NCBI GenBank assembly: GCA_902761475.1 | Contig: CACWKM010000001.1 | Coordinates: 1-39,948 of the forward strand | Direction of reading: 5' to 3' | Source of the DNA: an uncultured Bacteroidales bacterium | Lineage (GTDB): Bacteria; Bacteroidota; Bacteroidia; Bacteroidales; Muribaculaceae | Length of the DNA stretch: 39,948 nucleotides | In this document: piece by piece, positions 26,257-36,624 of the stretch | Layout: each line of letters starts with the position of its first letter | How positions within the stretch are numbered: position 1 is the stretch's first letter | Notes under the pieces: generated by a model | Databases searched by the model: none | What the model was told of the DNA's origin: nothing | Seen by the model: the letters and a program-made list of their open reading frames with translations, nothing else | Made by a program: the position numbers and the translations under genes

Positions 26257-27480
26257 ATGAACATAGCCAATCTTTTCAAAATCGCGCTCCGCGCAATAGC
26301 CAGCAACAAGATGCGCAGTTTCCTCACCATGCTGGGCATCATCATCGGTGTGGCCAGCGTCATCACCATGCTCGCCATCGGGCAAGGGTCGAAACTGCAA
26401 ATCAAGAAGAACATCTCGGAGATGGGCAGCAACATGATTATGATTCATCCCGGTGCCGACCGTGGCCCTGGCGGCGCCCGCATGAGCGCCGACGACGCAC
26501 AAAGCCTCACGTTGACCGACTTTCACAACATCGAGGAGCAAAACAAGTACCTTGCCGCGGTGAGTCCCAGCGTGAGCAGCGGCGGACAACTCATCTATGG
26601 CAACAACAACTACCAGACGAGCGTCACCGGAGTGAGCCGAGGCTATCTAACCATTCGCCAACTCAAAATCGAGAGCGGCGACATGTTTACCGAGGCCGAC
26701 ATCAAGTGCGCCGCCAAGGTGTGCGTGGTGGGCAAGACCATCGTGGACAACCTGTTTCCCGAGGGCAGCGACCCCGTGGGACAGGTGGTGCGCTTCAACA
26801 AAATCCCCGTCAGGGTGGTGGGTGTGCTCAAGAGCAAGGGCTACAATAGCATGGGCATGGACCAGGACAACATCGTGCTCATGCCCTACACCACGGTGAT
26901 GAAGCGCGTCTTGGCGCAAAACTACTTGCAGTCCATCTATGCCAGCGCCATCACCGAGGAAATCACCGACCTGGCCATCAAGGACGTGACCGCCATTTTG
27001 CGCGAGGGACACAAGTTGCGCGAGGGCGATGACGACGACTTCACCATCCGCTCGCAGGAGGAAATCAGTTCCATGCTCACCTCCACCATGGACATGCTCA
27101 CGCTGCTGCTGGGAGCCGTGGCGGGCATCTCGCTGGTGGTGGGCGGCATTGGCATCATGAACATCATGTATGTGAGCGTGACCGAGCGCACCCGCGAGAT
27201 TGGCCTGCGCATGAGCGTGGGCGCACGCGGGGTGGACATCCTGAGCCAGTTTCTCATCGAGGCCATCATGATTAGCGTCACGGGCGGCTTGATAGGTGTG
27301 CTCCTGGGCATGGGGGCCAGCGCCGCCGTGGAGAGCGTGGTGAAATGGCCCATAAGCGTCCAGCCATGGACGGTGATGCTCGCATTTGCTGTGTGTACCT
27401 TCACAGGCATCTTCTTCGGATGGTATCCCGCCAAGAAGGCTGCCAATCTCGACCCCATAGAGGCAATACGCTATGAATAA
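26257..27480 (+). CDS. ABC transporter permease (MacB/FtsX type)
   Basis: RSFLTMLGIIIGV, GGIGIMNIMYVSVTERTREIGLR and PIEAIRYE motifs. Confidence 0.95.
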   Translation: MNIANLFKIALRAIASNKMRSFLTMLGIIIGVASVITMLAIGQGSKLQIKKNISEMGSNMIMIHPGADRGPGGARMSADDAQSLTLTDFHNIEEQNKYLAAVSPSVSSGGQLIYGNNNYQTSVTGVSRGYLTIRQLKIESGDMFTEADIKCAAKVCVVGKTIVDNLFPEGSDPVGQVVRFNKIPVRVVGVLKSKGYNSMGMDQDNIVLMPYTTVMKRVLAQNYLQSIYASAITEEITDLAIKDVTAILREGHKLREGDDDDFTIRSQEEISSMLTSTMDMLTLLLGAVAGISLVVGGIGIMNIMYVSVTERTREIGLRMSVGARGVDILSQFLIEAIMISVTGGLIGVLLGMGASAAVESVVKWPISVQPWTVMLAFAVCTFTGIFFGWYPAKKAANLDPIEAIRYE

Positions 27481-28519
27481 CAAACGAAATCTTCTCATCC
27501 ATGTGCTGTGCTGGGGCTTCGTGGCCTGCATGCCACTGCTGTTTGGTCACAGCGACGACCAGTGGCCGCGCACGCTGCACCACTTCCTGCGGTCGCTGGG
27601 CGGCACGCTCACCTGTGCACTGCTGTTCTACATCAACTACCTGTGGCTCATCCCGCGGCTGCTGTTCAAGGAGCGCCGCCGCGCGTTCTACCTGTCTAAT
27701 GTGCTGCTGGTGGTGGCTGGCATGGGGCTCATCTACGGGTGGTGGCTGCTGAACAACCATGTGATGCCTGCCATTGACCCCGGCGCCGGGCCGCGCCCGC
27801 CACGGTTGCCCATGTTCTTCTACAACATCATCATGCTGGCACTGGTGGTGGGACTCGCCATTGCTGTGCGCATGAGCCAGCGGTGGCAACACCTTGAGGA
27901 GGCGCGCCGCGAGGCCGAGCGCAGCCGCACCGAGGCCGAATTGACCAACCTGCGCAACCAACTCAATCCGCACTTCTTGCTCAACACGCTCAACAACATC
28001 TATGCGCTCATCGCCTTCGACACCGACAAGGCGCAACATGCCGTGGAGGAACTGAGCCGACTGCTGCGACACGTGCTCTATGACAACCAGCAGAGTTTCG
28101 TGCCGCTCTACAAGGAGGTGGAATTCATGAACAACTATGTGGAACTCATGCGCATCCGCGTGACCGACCATGTGCACATCGACACCCACATCGACATTGC
28201 CCCCGACGACGCCACCCCCATCGCCCCGCTCATCTTCATCTCGCTGGTGGAGAACGCCTTCAAGCACGGCATCGCCCCCGACGGCAGCGGACACATCGCC
28301 ATCGAGATGAGCCAGCACGACGGCGACATCACCTGCTGCATCACCAACAGCAACCACCCCAAGCGCGGCAACGACAAGAGCGGCAGCGGCATAGGGCTGG
28401 AGCAAGTGGGCAAGCGACTGGAACTCATGTATCCCGGACGTTACACCTGGGAACGGGGAACTACCGACGACAAGACTATGTATTTTTCTAAAATCGTGAT
28501 TTATAGCCATGAACATTAA
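27473..28519 (+). CDS. LytS/YehU-type sensor histidine kinase
   Basis: N-terminal TM helices, LRNQLNPHFLLNTLNNIY, LVENAFKHG and GIGL motifs. Confidence 0.93.
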   Translation: MNNKRNLLIHVLCWGFVACMPLLFGHSDDQWPRTLHHFLRSLGGTLTCALLFYINYLWLIPRLLFKERRRAFYLSNVLLVVAGMGLIYGWWLLNNHVMPAIDPGAGPRPPRLPMFFYNIIMLALVVGLAIAVRMSQRWQHLEEARREAERSRTEAELTNLRNQLNPHFLLNTLNNIYALIAFDTDKAQHAVEELSRLLRHVLYDNQQSFVPLYKEVEFMNNYVELMRIRVTDHVHIDTHIDIAPDDATPIAPLIFISLVENAFKHGIAPDGSGHIAIEMSQHDGDITCCITNSNHPKRGNDKSGSGIGLEQVGKRLELMYPGRYTWERGTTDDKTMYFSKIVIYSHEH

Positions 28520-29228
28520 ATGCGCCATCGTCGACGACGAGCCGCTGGCAGTGGAACTGCTGGCGAGTTATGTGAGCAAAATCCCATTCCTGACGCTGGT
28601 GGGAAAATATAGCAATGCCACCGACGCGCTTCACGGTTGCACCGAGCAGCAAGTGGACCTGCTGTTTCTCGACATCCAGATGCCCGAACTCAACGGCCTG
28701 GAACTCTCGCGCATGGTGCCCGAGACCACACGCATCGTGTTCACCACCGCCTTTGAGCAATATGCGCTCGACGGCTACCGCATCAATGCCCTCGACTATC
28801 TGCTCAAGCCCATCAGTTATGCCAACTTCCTCGAGGCTTGCAACAAAGCCTTGCAATGGTTCACGATGGTGCGCGAGAACGAGGCCAAGAGCGAAGAGGC
28901 CGCCGGGCCCAAGAGCATCTTCGTCAAGAGCGAGTACAAGGTGCTGCAAATCGCCCTCGACGACATTCGCTACATCGAGGGGCTCAAAGACTACGTGAAA
29001 ATCTACACCGAGCAGTCGCCCCGCCCCATCTTGTCGCTCATGAGCATGAAAGGGCTCGAGGAGATGCTTCCCGCCACACGCTTCATGCGCGTGCACCGCT
29101 CCTTCATCGTCAACATGGAGAAGGTGCGCGAGATTGACCGCGGACGCATCGTCTTTGGCGACGTGTTCATCCCCGTGGGCGACAGTTACAAGCAAGCATT
29201 CCTGAATTACATAGGCAACGTGCGATAA
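28509..29228 (+). CDS. LytTR family response regulator
   Basis: Receiver IVDDEP...FLDIQMP...DYLLKP plus LytTR FMRVHRSFIVN. Confidence 0.95.
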   Translation: MNIKCAIVDDEPLAVELLASYVSKIPFLTLVGKYSNATDALHGCTEQQVDLLFLDIQMPELNGLELSRMVPETTRIVFTTAFEQYALDGYRINALDYLLKPISYANFLEACNKALQWFTMVRENEAKSEEAAGPKSIFVKSEYKVLQIALDDIRYIEGLKDYVKIYTEQSPRPILSLMSMKGLEEMLPATRFMRVHRSFIVNMEKVREIDRGRIVFGDVFIPVGDSYKQAFLNYIGNVR

Positions 29229-29367
29229 CTCACCGCATTGGCATGGTTTTTGCAAGTAATGGTGTTTGACAAGTCCGCAACGCCCCGAGGCTTGCACCGG
29301 GGTGCCATGGCAAAACAGATATTTTTTTGTTTCACAGTTTTAATCACATCTATTAAGACCTAAGAAA

Positions 29368-30048
29368 ATGAACTACTATCTCTTTGCATGCGGCCAAACG
29401 CAAGGCCCGTTCACCATCGAGCAACTTGCTGCTCGTGGTCTCGACCCTCTCACCGACGTGTGGGCTCCCGGCATGCCCTCGTGGCAACCGGCAAGTTCCG
29501 TGCCGGCACTGCGTCCACTGCTGAACTCGGAGACGGCAGCGCCTGCCACGCCTCCGCCCCTCCACACCCAGCAGACACCGCCTCCACACCCCTCTACCCT
29601 GGCGCCACAAATTGCGATGGCGCATGCGCCTGTCACCACACGACGTGGAGGATGGATTCTCGGCACAGTGGCCATCCTGGCCATCATCGCCGGAGTGCTC
29701 GCTTGGACAAACCCCACTCGCGCACAGCACCTCAACGCCATCAACGAGGTCACGGCCGAATGGGTGGGCGACAAGGTGGACCAGCACAATCCGGGCAACT
29801 TCTTGCTCGGCGAACTGTTCAAACTGCTGGGAAACACGGGCACAGGCTTTGCCATCGACCATTACCTCAAGGTGCAAAGTTATGGCGTGTGCTCGATAGG
29901 GCGCATTGAAGTGGGCAACAAGCCCCACATCGTGAGCGTGGGCGTGCTGGGACACGTCTACACATTTGACAAGCAAGACATTGAGCGCACCGTGGACCAA
30001 CTCATGCGCGAAACGATAAATGGCCACGATGACGACTACGACAGTTAA
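29368..30048 (+). CDS. GYF_2 (DUF4339)-domain membrane protein with DUF4359-like C-terminus
   Basis: QGPFTIEQL...VWAPGMPSWQPA GYF_2 pattern, Pro-rich linker, TM helix, TNPTRAQH...SYGVCSIG...VGVLGHV. Confidence 0.75.
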   Translation: MNYYLFACGQTQGPFTIEQLAARGLDPLTDVWAPGMPSWQPASSVPALRPLLNSETAAPATPPPLHTQQTPPPHPSTLAPQIAMAHAPVTTRRGGWILGTVAILAIIAGVLAWTNPTRAQHLNAINEVTAEWVGDKVDQHNPGNFLLGELFKLLGNTGTGFAIDHYLKVQSYGVCSIGRIEVGNKPHIVSVGVLGHVYTFDKQDIERTVDQLMRETINGHDDDYDS

Positions 30049-30071
30049 TTGCAAGACCCTCTGCAACCATG

Positions 30072-30106
30072 AGCGGGGTGGTGCCAACGCGGCGCCACCC
30101 CGCTTT
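30072..30106 (+). terminator. Terminator-like hairpin
   Basis: AGCGGGGTGGTGCC...GGCGCCACCCCGCT stem followed by a short T run. Confidence 0.65.
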
Positions 30107-30222
30107 GCGTCGTGGAGGCTCGAAATGCCCCCGCGGCACAAGCGGGCAAAAACACCGACAAACTTTGGGCGCTTGGTCACTTTTTTTTTGACTTATATGG
30201 GCAAAATGTGGAATATTATTTG

Positions 30223-30230
30223 TAATTTTG
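30223..30230 (+). promoter_or_regulatory. -7 promoter element TAATTTTG for TonB receptor operon
   Basis: Exact TAnnTTTG in an AT-rich intergenic region about 105 bp upstream of ATG 30336. Confidence 0.55.
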
Positions 30231-30335
30231 AAAACTTTAAACATTTGGTGGGCCAAAACCGCCCCCGTGTTTAGACAAATTAACTTAACGCAACCGACTA
30301 ATTTTTATAACCTCATACTAAAAAACCTATCACCT

Positions 30336-33116
30336 ATGAGACGAAAACTGTTCATGCTACTGACGCTGCTCGCTGTGCTTCCGGCACTTGCCGACACCGG
30401 CGTGTGTGGTGTGGTGATTGATTCGCGCACAGGCCAACCAATACCTGGCGCAACCATCCTGCTCGACAATCAGGGCAACACCGTAACCACTGGCCCCAAC
30501 GGCGATTTCAGCATCACCGATGCCCAACCAGGCAAAGACTTCATCTATGTGCTTGGCTATGGCTTTAAGGATTACCACATGGGAGTCGAGTTATTTAAGG
30601 ACGTTGTGACCGATATGGGCACAATTCGCATCGAGAGTTCCGACTTCAACGACGCGCAAGAGGCGACCACGTCATTCAACGATGTGGTGCTCTCGGAGAG
30701 CGAACTCGACAGCGAGGAGGGCGAGGCACAAACCATTGCCACGCTCACTGGAGCCAACGATGACCCGTACTACAAAGCCACCAACTTCACGTTCAGCATC
30801 ATGCGCTTCCGTCCGCGTGGCTACAACTCGGAGTACACAACCACCATGATCAATGGGGTGGATTTCAACGATGCCATCAGGGGCCGTTTCAACTACTCGA
30901 TGACGGGTGGTTTGAACCAGGCCTTCCGCAACAAGAGCATCGGTGTGGGCCTCGACGCCACGAGTTACAGTTTTGGCAACATCGGCGGCGCCAACAACAT
31001 CTCCACCTTTGCCAAGGACTTCGCTCCAGGCCTCCGTGCCAGCGTGTCCTACACCAACTCCAACTACCGCTGGCGTGGCATGCTCACCTATAGCACCGGC
31101 CTCAACAAGCATGGCTGGGCACTGGTGATGAGCGTCGTGGGACGTTATGCCGGAGAGGGCATCATCCCTGGTTCGTTCTACAACAGCATAGGCTACTTCC
31201 TGAGCGTGCAGAAGGTGTTCAACCAGCAACACTCGCTGGCACTCACCACCTTTGGCGCACCCACCAAGCGCGCAAGCAACTCGGCCATCTTCGAAGAGTG
31301 CGCCGACCTCGTGGGCAACAACCTGTACAACTCCAACTGGGGCTGGCAGATGGGCAAGAAACGCAACGCACGCGTCGTGGACACGTTCGACCCCACGGTG
31401 ATTCTCAACTGGCTGTGGAAACCCAAGATGGGCGTGTCGCTCAACACCGGTGTGGCCTATCACAAGTCGTTCTACGCCTCGAGCGCACTCAACTGGCACA
31501 ACGCTCGCGACCCGCGTCCCGACTACTACCGCTACCTGCCGTCGTACTACAAGGGCACCGACGTGGCCGACCTCTACACCGAACTGTGGCAAAGCGGAGA
31601 GGCTGCACAACTCAAGTGGGACCACCTCTACAACGTGAACTACCTGAACAACGTGGAGATGGACAACACGGGTAAGGAGATTGGCTCGACCTACTCGGTT
31701 GAGAAGCGCCACAGCAACCTGTCGGTGGTGCAACTCAACAGCACGCTGAATGCCCGCCTGGGCGACCACGTGTCGCTGCAAGGCGGCTTCGCCGGCAACT
31801 ACACCCGCGCTTCCTACTACAAGACGATGAAAGACCTGCTGGGTGGACGTTTCTGGGAGGACATCGACCAATATGCCGAGCGCGACTTCCCCGAGAATGC
31901 CGCTATGGCCGAGAACGACATGGACAACCCTGGCCGCAAGATTCATGAGGGCGACCGCTTTGGCTATGACTATAACATCCACACTCTCAAGGCCAAATTG
32001 TGGAAACAAACCACCATCAACCTGGCTCACTGGGATTTGAGTTACGCTCTGCAAGCCGAGTACAACGTGTTCTGGCGCGAGGGCTTCATGCGCAACGGTC
32101 GTGCTCCCGAGAACTCCAAGGGCCGCGGCTCGAAGCATGAGTTCATCACCGTGGCTGCCAAGGCTGGCGCCACCTACAAGATTGATGGCCGCAACAGTTT
32201 CACGGGCCACATCTACTACGGCACCCAGGCTCCTCTTGCTTGGAACGCCTATGTGTCGCCGCGCATCAAGGACGATGTCATCACCGACCTCAAGCGCATC
32301 AAGGACGATGTCATCACCGACCTCAAGAGCGAGAAGGTGTTCAGCGCCGACCTGAGTTACAATCTGTCCTATCGCCGCTTCAAAGGTGTGGTCACCGCAT
32401 TCTATACCGACATGCGCGACGGCACCGAGCGCACCTCGTTCTACGACGACCTCAACGGCACCTTCATGAACTACGCGCTCACCGGCGTGCACAAGGTGTT
32501 CAAGGGCATTGAAGTGGGCGCCAGTTACAAGATTACTAACAGCGTGACCCTCAATGCCGCCGGTACCATCGCCCGCTATCGCTACAAGAACCGCCCGCTG
32601 GGAACCCGCAGTTATGAGAACGGTAGCCAGCCCGACGTGACGCAGACCGTGTACTTGAAGAACTTCTATGTAGGTGGCACGCCGCAAGAGGCCTACACCT
32701 TTGGCGTGAACTGGGCAGGCCCCAAGATGTGGTTTGTCGAGGTGAGCGGCACATGGCTCAACCGCGCCTATGTGGACCTCTCCCCCATCCGTCACGAGGA
32801 AATGCCAAACCTCTACACCAAGGCCAACACCGAGGCCGAACTCCAGGCAATGATTAAGGACATCGCCAACCAGGAGAAACTCAACGAGGCATTTGTGGTG
32901 AACTTGAGCATTGGCCACGTGGTTTACCTCAACCGTCGCGCTTCGCTCAACTTCAACGTGAACATCCAGAACTTGCTCGACAACCGCAACATCCAGACTG
33001 GCGGCTACCAGCAAGGTCGTTTCGACTACAAGAACTACACCACCGACAAGTACCCCAACAAGTACTACTACGCACAGGGTCTCAAACTCTTCGTGAATGT
33101 GGGTGTGCGCTTCTAA
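30336..33116 (+). CDS. TonB-dependent receptor (non-SusC type, carboxypeptidase-regulatory N-domain)
   Basis: Signal peptide MRRKLF..ALA, GVVIDSRTGQPIPGATI, RFRPRGYNS plug region, beta-barrel, C-terminal VGVRF. Start moved to ATG 30336. Confidence 0.9.
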   Translation: MRRKLFMLLTLLAVLPALADTGVCGVVIDSRTGQPIPGATILLDNQGNTVTTGPNGDFSITDAQPGKDFIYVLGYGFKDYHMGVELFKDVVTDMGTIRIESSDFNDAQEATTSFNDVVLSESELDSEEGEAQTIATLTGANDDPYYKATNFTFSIMRFRPRGYNSEYTTTMINGVDFNDAIRGRFNYSMTGGLNQAFRNKSIGVGLDATSYSFGNIGGANNISTFAKDFAPGLRASVSYTNSNYRWRGMLTYSTGLNKHGWALVMSVVGRYAGEGIIPGSFYNSIGYFLSVQKVFNQQHSLALTTFGAPTKRASNSAIFEECADLVGNNLYNSNWGWQMGKKRNARVVDTFDPTVILNWLWKPKMGVSLNTGVAYHKSFYASSALNWHNARDPRPDYYRYLPSYYKGTDVADLYTELWQSGEAAQLKWDHLYNVNYLNNVEMDNTGKEIGSTYSVEKRHSNLSVVQLNSTLNARLGDHVSLQGGFAGNYTRASYYKTMKDLLGGRFWEDIDQYAERDFPENAAMAENDMDNPGRKIHEGDRFGYDYNIHTLKAKLWKQTTINLAHWDLSYALQAEYNVFWREGFMRNGRAPENSKGRGSKHEFITVAAKAGATYKIDGRNSFTGHIYYGTQAPLAWNAYVSPRIKDDVITDLKRIKDDVITDLKSEKVFSADLSYNLSYRRFKGVVTAFYTDMRDGTERTSFYDDLNGTFMNYALTGVHKVFKGIEVGASYKITNSVTLNAAGTIARYRYKNRPLGTRSYENGSQPDVTQTVYLKNFYVGGTPQEAYTFGVNWAGPKMWFVEVSGTWLNRAYVDLSPIRHEEMPNLYTKANTEAELQAMIKDIANQEKLNEAFVVNLSIGHVVYLNRRASLNFNVNIQNLLDNRNIQTGGYQQGRFDYKNYTTDKYPNKYYYAQGLKLFVNVGVRF
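32262..32327 (+). repeat. Perfect 33-bp in-frame tandem duplication (RIKDDVITDLK x2)
   Basis: CGCATCAAGGACGATGTCATCACCGACCTCAAG at 32262-32294 and 32295-32327. Confidence 0.97.
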
Positions 33117-33179
33117 TAGCCTTTCGTGACACAAATCATTCAGCATATTAATCAACAAATAGAATACAACAGAAAAACT

Positions 33180-35453
33180 ATGAAACGCTTCAATTTCTTT
33201 TTGAGCATGTTGCTCCTGTTGGTGATGGTCACCGGCTGTAAGGAGGACTTCGACACCCCACCCATGGTGGTGCCCACATCCACTCTCAAAGCAAACACCA
33301 CCATCGCCGAACTCAAGGCAAAGTACTGGAACGATGCCCGCAATTTTGCCGACACCATCAAGGAGGACATCGTCATCCATGGCTACGTGACCAGTAGCGA
33401 CGAACACGGCAACGTCTACAAATACCTGTTCATCCAGGACGAGACCGCCGGCTTTGGTATCTCAATCGATGCTAACAGCATTTACAACTACTACCGCCTG
33501 GGACAAGAGGTGTTCATCAACATGAAAGACCTGTGGGTGGGTAAATACAATGGCCAGTACCTCATCGGCAAGCCCGAGTGGTATGCCGCACAAAGCGTGT
33601 GGGAGGCTGGACGTATGCCCATCGAGACCTTGCAAGCGCACGCCGAAATCAACGGCCTGCCCGACCAGAGCAAGGTGGCGCCCGTGGTGACCAAGATTAG
33701 CGACTTCCTGGGCAAGGGCGACAAGGAAACGCAGGTGAAATACCAAGGTCTCTTTGTCAAGTTTGAGGACGTGAAGTGGCAAGAGGCCGACGGCGAAGCA
33801 CCCTACTCGCTCCCCGACGCCTCGACCAACCGCACCATCGTGGACGAAAATGGCAACGCCCTGACCGTGGTCAACAGCAACTATAGCGACTTCCGCGCCG
33901 AAATCCTGCCTCTGGGCAAGGGTAGCGTGCAAGGTATCCTGTACATGACCGGCAACGACCAGTGGAAACTCATGCTGCGCGACACGGGCGACTGCATCGG
34001 CTTTGACACGTCGAACAAGGGCACCAAGGTGAACCCCTACACCGTCGACGAGGCCATCGCATCGGTGAGCACCGAGAAGCACGCCGGATGGGTGAAGGGT
34101 TACATGGTGGGTGCCGTGGCTCCCGAGAAGCAGACGGTGGCTTCGAGCGCCGACATCGAGTGGAAGGCTCCTACCACCCTCGACAACACGCTGGTCATCG
34201 CTCCCACGCCCGACGAGACCGACATCACCAAGTGTATGATTATCGACCTCAAGCAGAACACCCCGATGCGCCAGCAGGCCAACCTGCGTGACAACGTGGA
34301 TGCCTACAAGACCATCATCCTCGTCAAGGGTACCTTCGGCAGTTTCATGGGCCAGGTGGGTATCAACGACAACAGCGGTAGCACCGACGAGTTCATGATG
34401 ACCGTCATCACTGGCGGCGTCGAGAGCCTCAACGAGGGCTTCGAGAGCGGTCTGCCCAGCGACTGGGCTAACGTCCAGGTGAAGGGCGACAAGAAGTGGT
34501 ACCAGACGTCGTTTGACAACAACGGCTATGCCGCTATGACGGGCTACAAGGGCACCGCACCGTTCGACTCGTGGCTCATCACGCCTCCTGTCGACATCAA
34601 GAAGGCCGCCAACAAGACGCTCACCTTCCGCACGCAGGTGAACGGCTACGGCAGCACCACGACGCACTTCGAGGTCTACATCCTTGACAATGCCGACCCG
34701 ACGATTGCCACCGTCAAGACCAAACTCAACCCCACCATCGCTACTGCTCCTGCAAGCGGCTATAGCACCTGGGCTCAGAGCGGCAACCTTGACCTGAGCC
34801 AGTTCAACGGCACTTACTACATCGGCTTCCGCTATGAGGCCGCCAGCGACGCCAACTACGCTACCTGGTGTGTCGACGACGTGAAGTTCAACTCCACCGG
34901 CGGCGGTGGCGGCGACGACCCCACACCTCCCGCACCCGTGAGCGGCACACGCGCCGACCTCGAGACCCTCAACAACGGTCAGTCGGCCAGCAAGTATGGC
35001 ACCTACACCTCGGCAGCCGGATGGAAACTCACTAACGGCAACGTGCTCGTGGGCGGTACCGTGAACCAGAACCCCGTCTTCCAGTTCATCGGCTTCGTGC
35101 CCGGCTCCACCACCGTCTATGCCATGGCAGCAAGCCTCAACGGCAACACCGGAACGGTGGGAACGCTCGTCTCGCCCACGCTCAAGGGTGGCATGAAGAA
35201 ACTCACCTTCAACTATGGCGCGGCCTACACCGACACGCAGGTGTCGTTCCGTGTGGACGTGAAACAGGGCGGCAACGTCGTCAAGTCGTTCACCGTGACC
35301 AAGAACCCCGTCACCAAGTTTGAGGTGTACAGTTTCAGCGAGGCCTTGGCCATCACCGGTGAGTTCACTCTGGAATTCACCAACTTGTGCCCGAGCAACT
35401 TGACAAGCAACAAGGACCGCGTGGCATTGTGGAACATCGAGTGGGAGCAGTAA
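33180..35453 (+). CDS. Multidomain surface lipoprotein (DUF5689 + DUF6359-like + cleaved-adhesin/DUF5017-like domains)
   Basis: Lipobox VTGC; ANTTIAELK, GYVTSSDEHGNVYKYLFIQDET (DUF5689); PYTVDEAI..WVKGYMVG; EGFESG...DSWLITP; Gly/Pro linker. Start moved to ATG 33180. Confidence 0.8.
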   Translation: MKRFNFFLSMLLLLVMVTGCKEDFDTPPMVVPTSTLKANTTIAELKAKYWNDARNFADTIKEDIVIHGYVTSSDEHGNVYKYLFIQDETAGFGISIDANSIYNYYRLGQEVFINMKDLWVGKYNGQYLIGKPEWYAAQSVWEAGRMPIETLQAHAEINGLPDQSKVAPVVTKISDFLGKGDKETQVKYQGLFVKFEDVKWQEADGEAPYSLPDASTNRTIVDENGNALTVVNSNYSDFRAEILPLGKGSVQGILYMTGNDQWKLMLRDTGDCIGFDTSNKGTKVNPYTVDEAIASVSTEKHAGWVKGYMVGAVAPEKQTVASSADIEWKAPTTLDNTLVIAPTPDETDITKCMIIDLKQNTPMRQQANLRDNVDAYKTIILVKGTFGSFMGQVGINDNSGSTDEFMMTVITGGVESLNEGFESGLPSDWANVQVKGDKKWYQTSFDNNGYAAMTGYKGTAPFDSWLITPPVDIKKAANKTLTFRTQVNGYGSTTTHFEVYILDNADPTIATVKTKLNPTIATAPASGYSTWAQSGNLDLSQFNGTYYIGFRYEAASDANYATWCVDDVKFNSTGGGGGDDPTPPAPVSGTRADLETLNNGQSASKYGTYTSAAGWKLTNGNVLVGGTVNQNPVFQFIGFVPGSTTVYAMAASLNGNTGTVGTLVSPTLKGGMKKLTFNYGAAYTDTQVSFRVDVKQGGNVVKSFTVTKNPVTKFEVYSFSEALAITGEFTLEFTNLCPSNLTSNKDRVALWNIEWEQ

Positions 35454-35483
35454 TCCCCCTCGCACACCACAGCACACATCACA

Positions 35484-35524
35484 AAGGACTGGAGCCCCCG
35501 CGCGGGGTTCCAGTTCTTGCTTTT
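35484..35524 (+). terminator. Intrinsic terminator of TonB receptor/DUF5689 operon
   Basis: AAGGACTGGAGCCCC...GGGGTTCCAGTTCTT stem followed by GCTTTT. Confidence 0.75.
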
Positions 35525-35572
35525 ATCCACGATTTCAACGCCACAAAGGTTGCCTATTCTTGCGTTTAGTTG

Positions 35573-35580
35573 TAACTTTG
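35573..35580 (+). promoter_or_regulatory. -7 promoter element TAACTTTG for ddl
   Basis: Exact TAnnTTTG 33 bp upstream of ATG 35614. Confidence 0.65.
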
Positions 35581-35613
35581 CAGGTCGAAAACGAAAAGAA
35601 TCTACTTTACGAC

Positions 35614-36615
35614 ATGAACAACGAAAAACGAACTATAGCAATCGTGTGTGGTGGCGACTCGTCGGAATATGAGGTGTCACTGCGCTCGGCCAAAGGATTG
35701 TACGACGCGTTCGACCACGAGCGCTACGAGGTGTATGTGGTCGTGATGCACGGCCTCGACTGGCACGTGAACCTGCCCGACGGCGGCACGGCAACCATCG
35801 ACCGCAACGACTTCTCGTTTGAGCATAACGGCACGGCCATCCGCTTCGACTATGCCTATATCACCATCCATGGCACCCCTGGCGAGAATGGCGTGCTGCA
35901 AGGCTACTTCGACATGCTTCGCATCCCCTATTCCACTTGCTCGGTGCTTGTGGAGGCGCTCACCTTCCACAAATATGTGCTCAACAACTACCTCAAGGGC
36001 TATGGCGTGACCGTGCCCGACAGCGTGTTGCTGCGCCGCGATGAGCAAGGGCCAGCCATGGAGGAGATTGTGCAAAAACTGGGCTTGCCCTGCTTCGTGA
36101 AGCCCACCGCCGACGGCTCGAGTTTCGGGGTGAGCAAGGTGAAATGCCTTGAACAACTCGCACCGGCCATCGACGCGGCATTCAAACTGTGCAACGAGGT
36201 GATGGTGGAGTCGTTTGTCGATGGCACCGAGGTGACCGTGGGCTGCTATCGCACCCGCGAGCACATGGTGGTGTTTCCCATCACCGAGGTGGTGACGCAC
36301 AACGAGTTTTTCGACTACGATGCCAAGTACAACGGCCAGGTGGACGAAATCACGCCAGCACGCATCAGCGACGAACTCACACAAGCGTTGATGCAAGACA
36401 CCAAGCACATCTACGACATCCTGCACTGCAACGGCATCATCCGCGTGGACTACATCGTCACGCACGAGGCCGACGGCAGCGACCGACGGGTGATGATAGA
36501 GGTGAACACCACGCCGGGCATGACGGCCACCAGTTTCATTCCGCAACAGGTGCGCGCAGCAGGCCTGGAACTCAAGGATGTGCTCACCGACATCATCGAG
36601 AACCAGTTCGCCTAA
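35614..36615 (+). CDS. ddl: D-alanine--D-alanine ligase
   Basis: GGDSSEYEVSLRS, IHGTPGENG, FVKP..GSSFG, FFDYDAKY and EVNTTPGMT motifs. Start moved to ATG 35614. Confidence 0.96.
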   Translation: MNNEKRTIAIVCGGDSSEYEVSLRSAKGLYDAFDHERYEVYVVVMHGLDWHVNLPDGGTATIDRNDFSFEHNGTAIRFDYAYITIHGTPGENGVLQGYFDMLRIPYSTCSVLVEALTFHKYVLNNYLKGYGVTVPDSVLLRRDEQGPAMEEIVQKLGLPCFVKPTADGSSFGVSKVKCLEQLAPAIDAAFKLCNEVMVESFVDGTEVTVGCYRTREHMVVFPITEVVTHNEFFDYDAKYNGQVDEITPARISDELTQALMQDTKHIYDILHCNGIIRVDYIVTHEADGSDRRVMIEVNTTPGMTATSFIPQQVRAAGLELKDVLTDIIENQFA

Positions 36616-36624
36616 CTTGCAGCC

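Noticed and set aside
30672-35477. 911-aa and 671-aa antisense ORFs opposite the TonB receptor and DUF5689 genes
   Set aside because: Same shadow-ORF effect; V/H/G-rich composition typical of reverse-frame translation.
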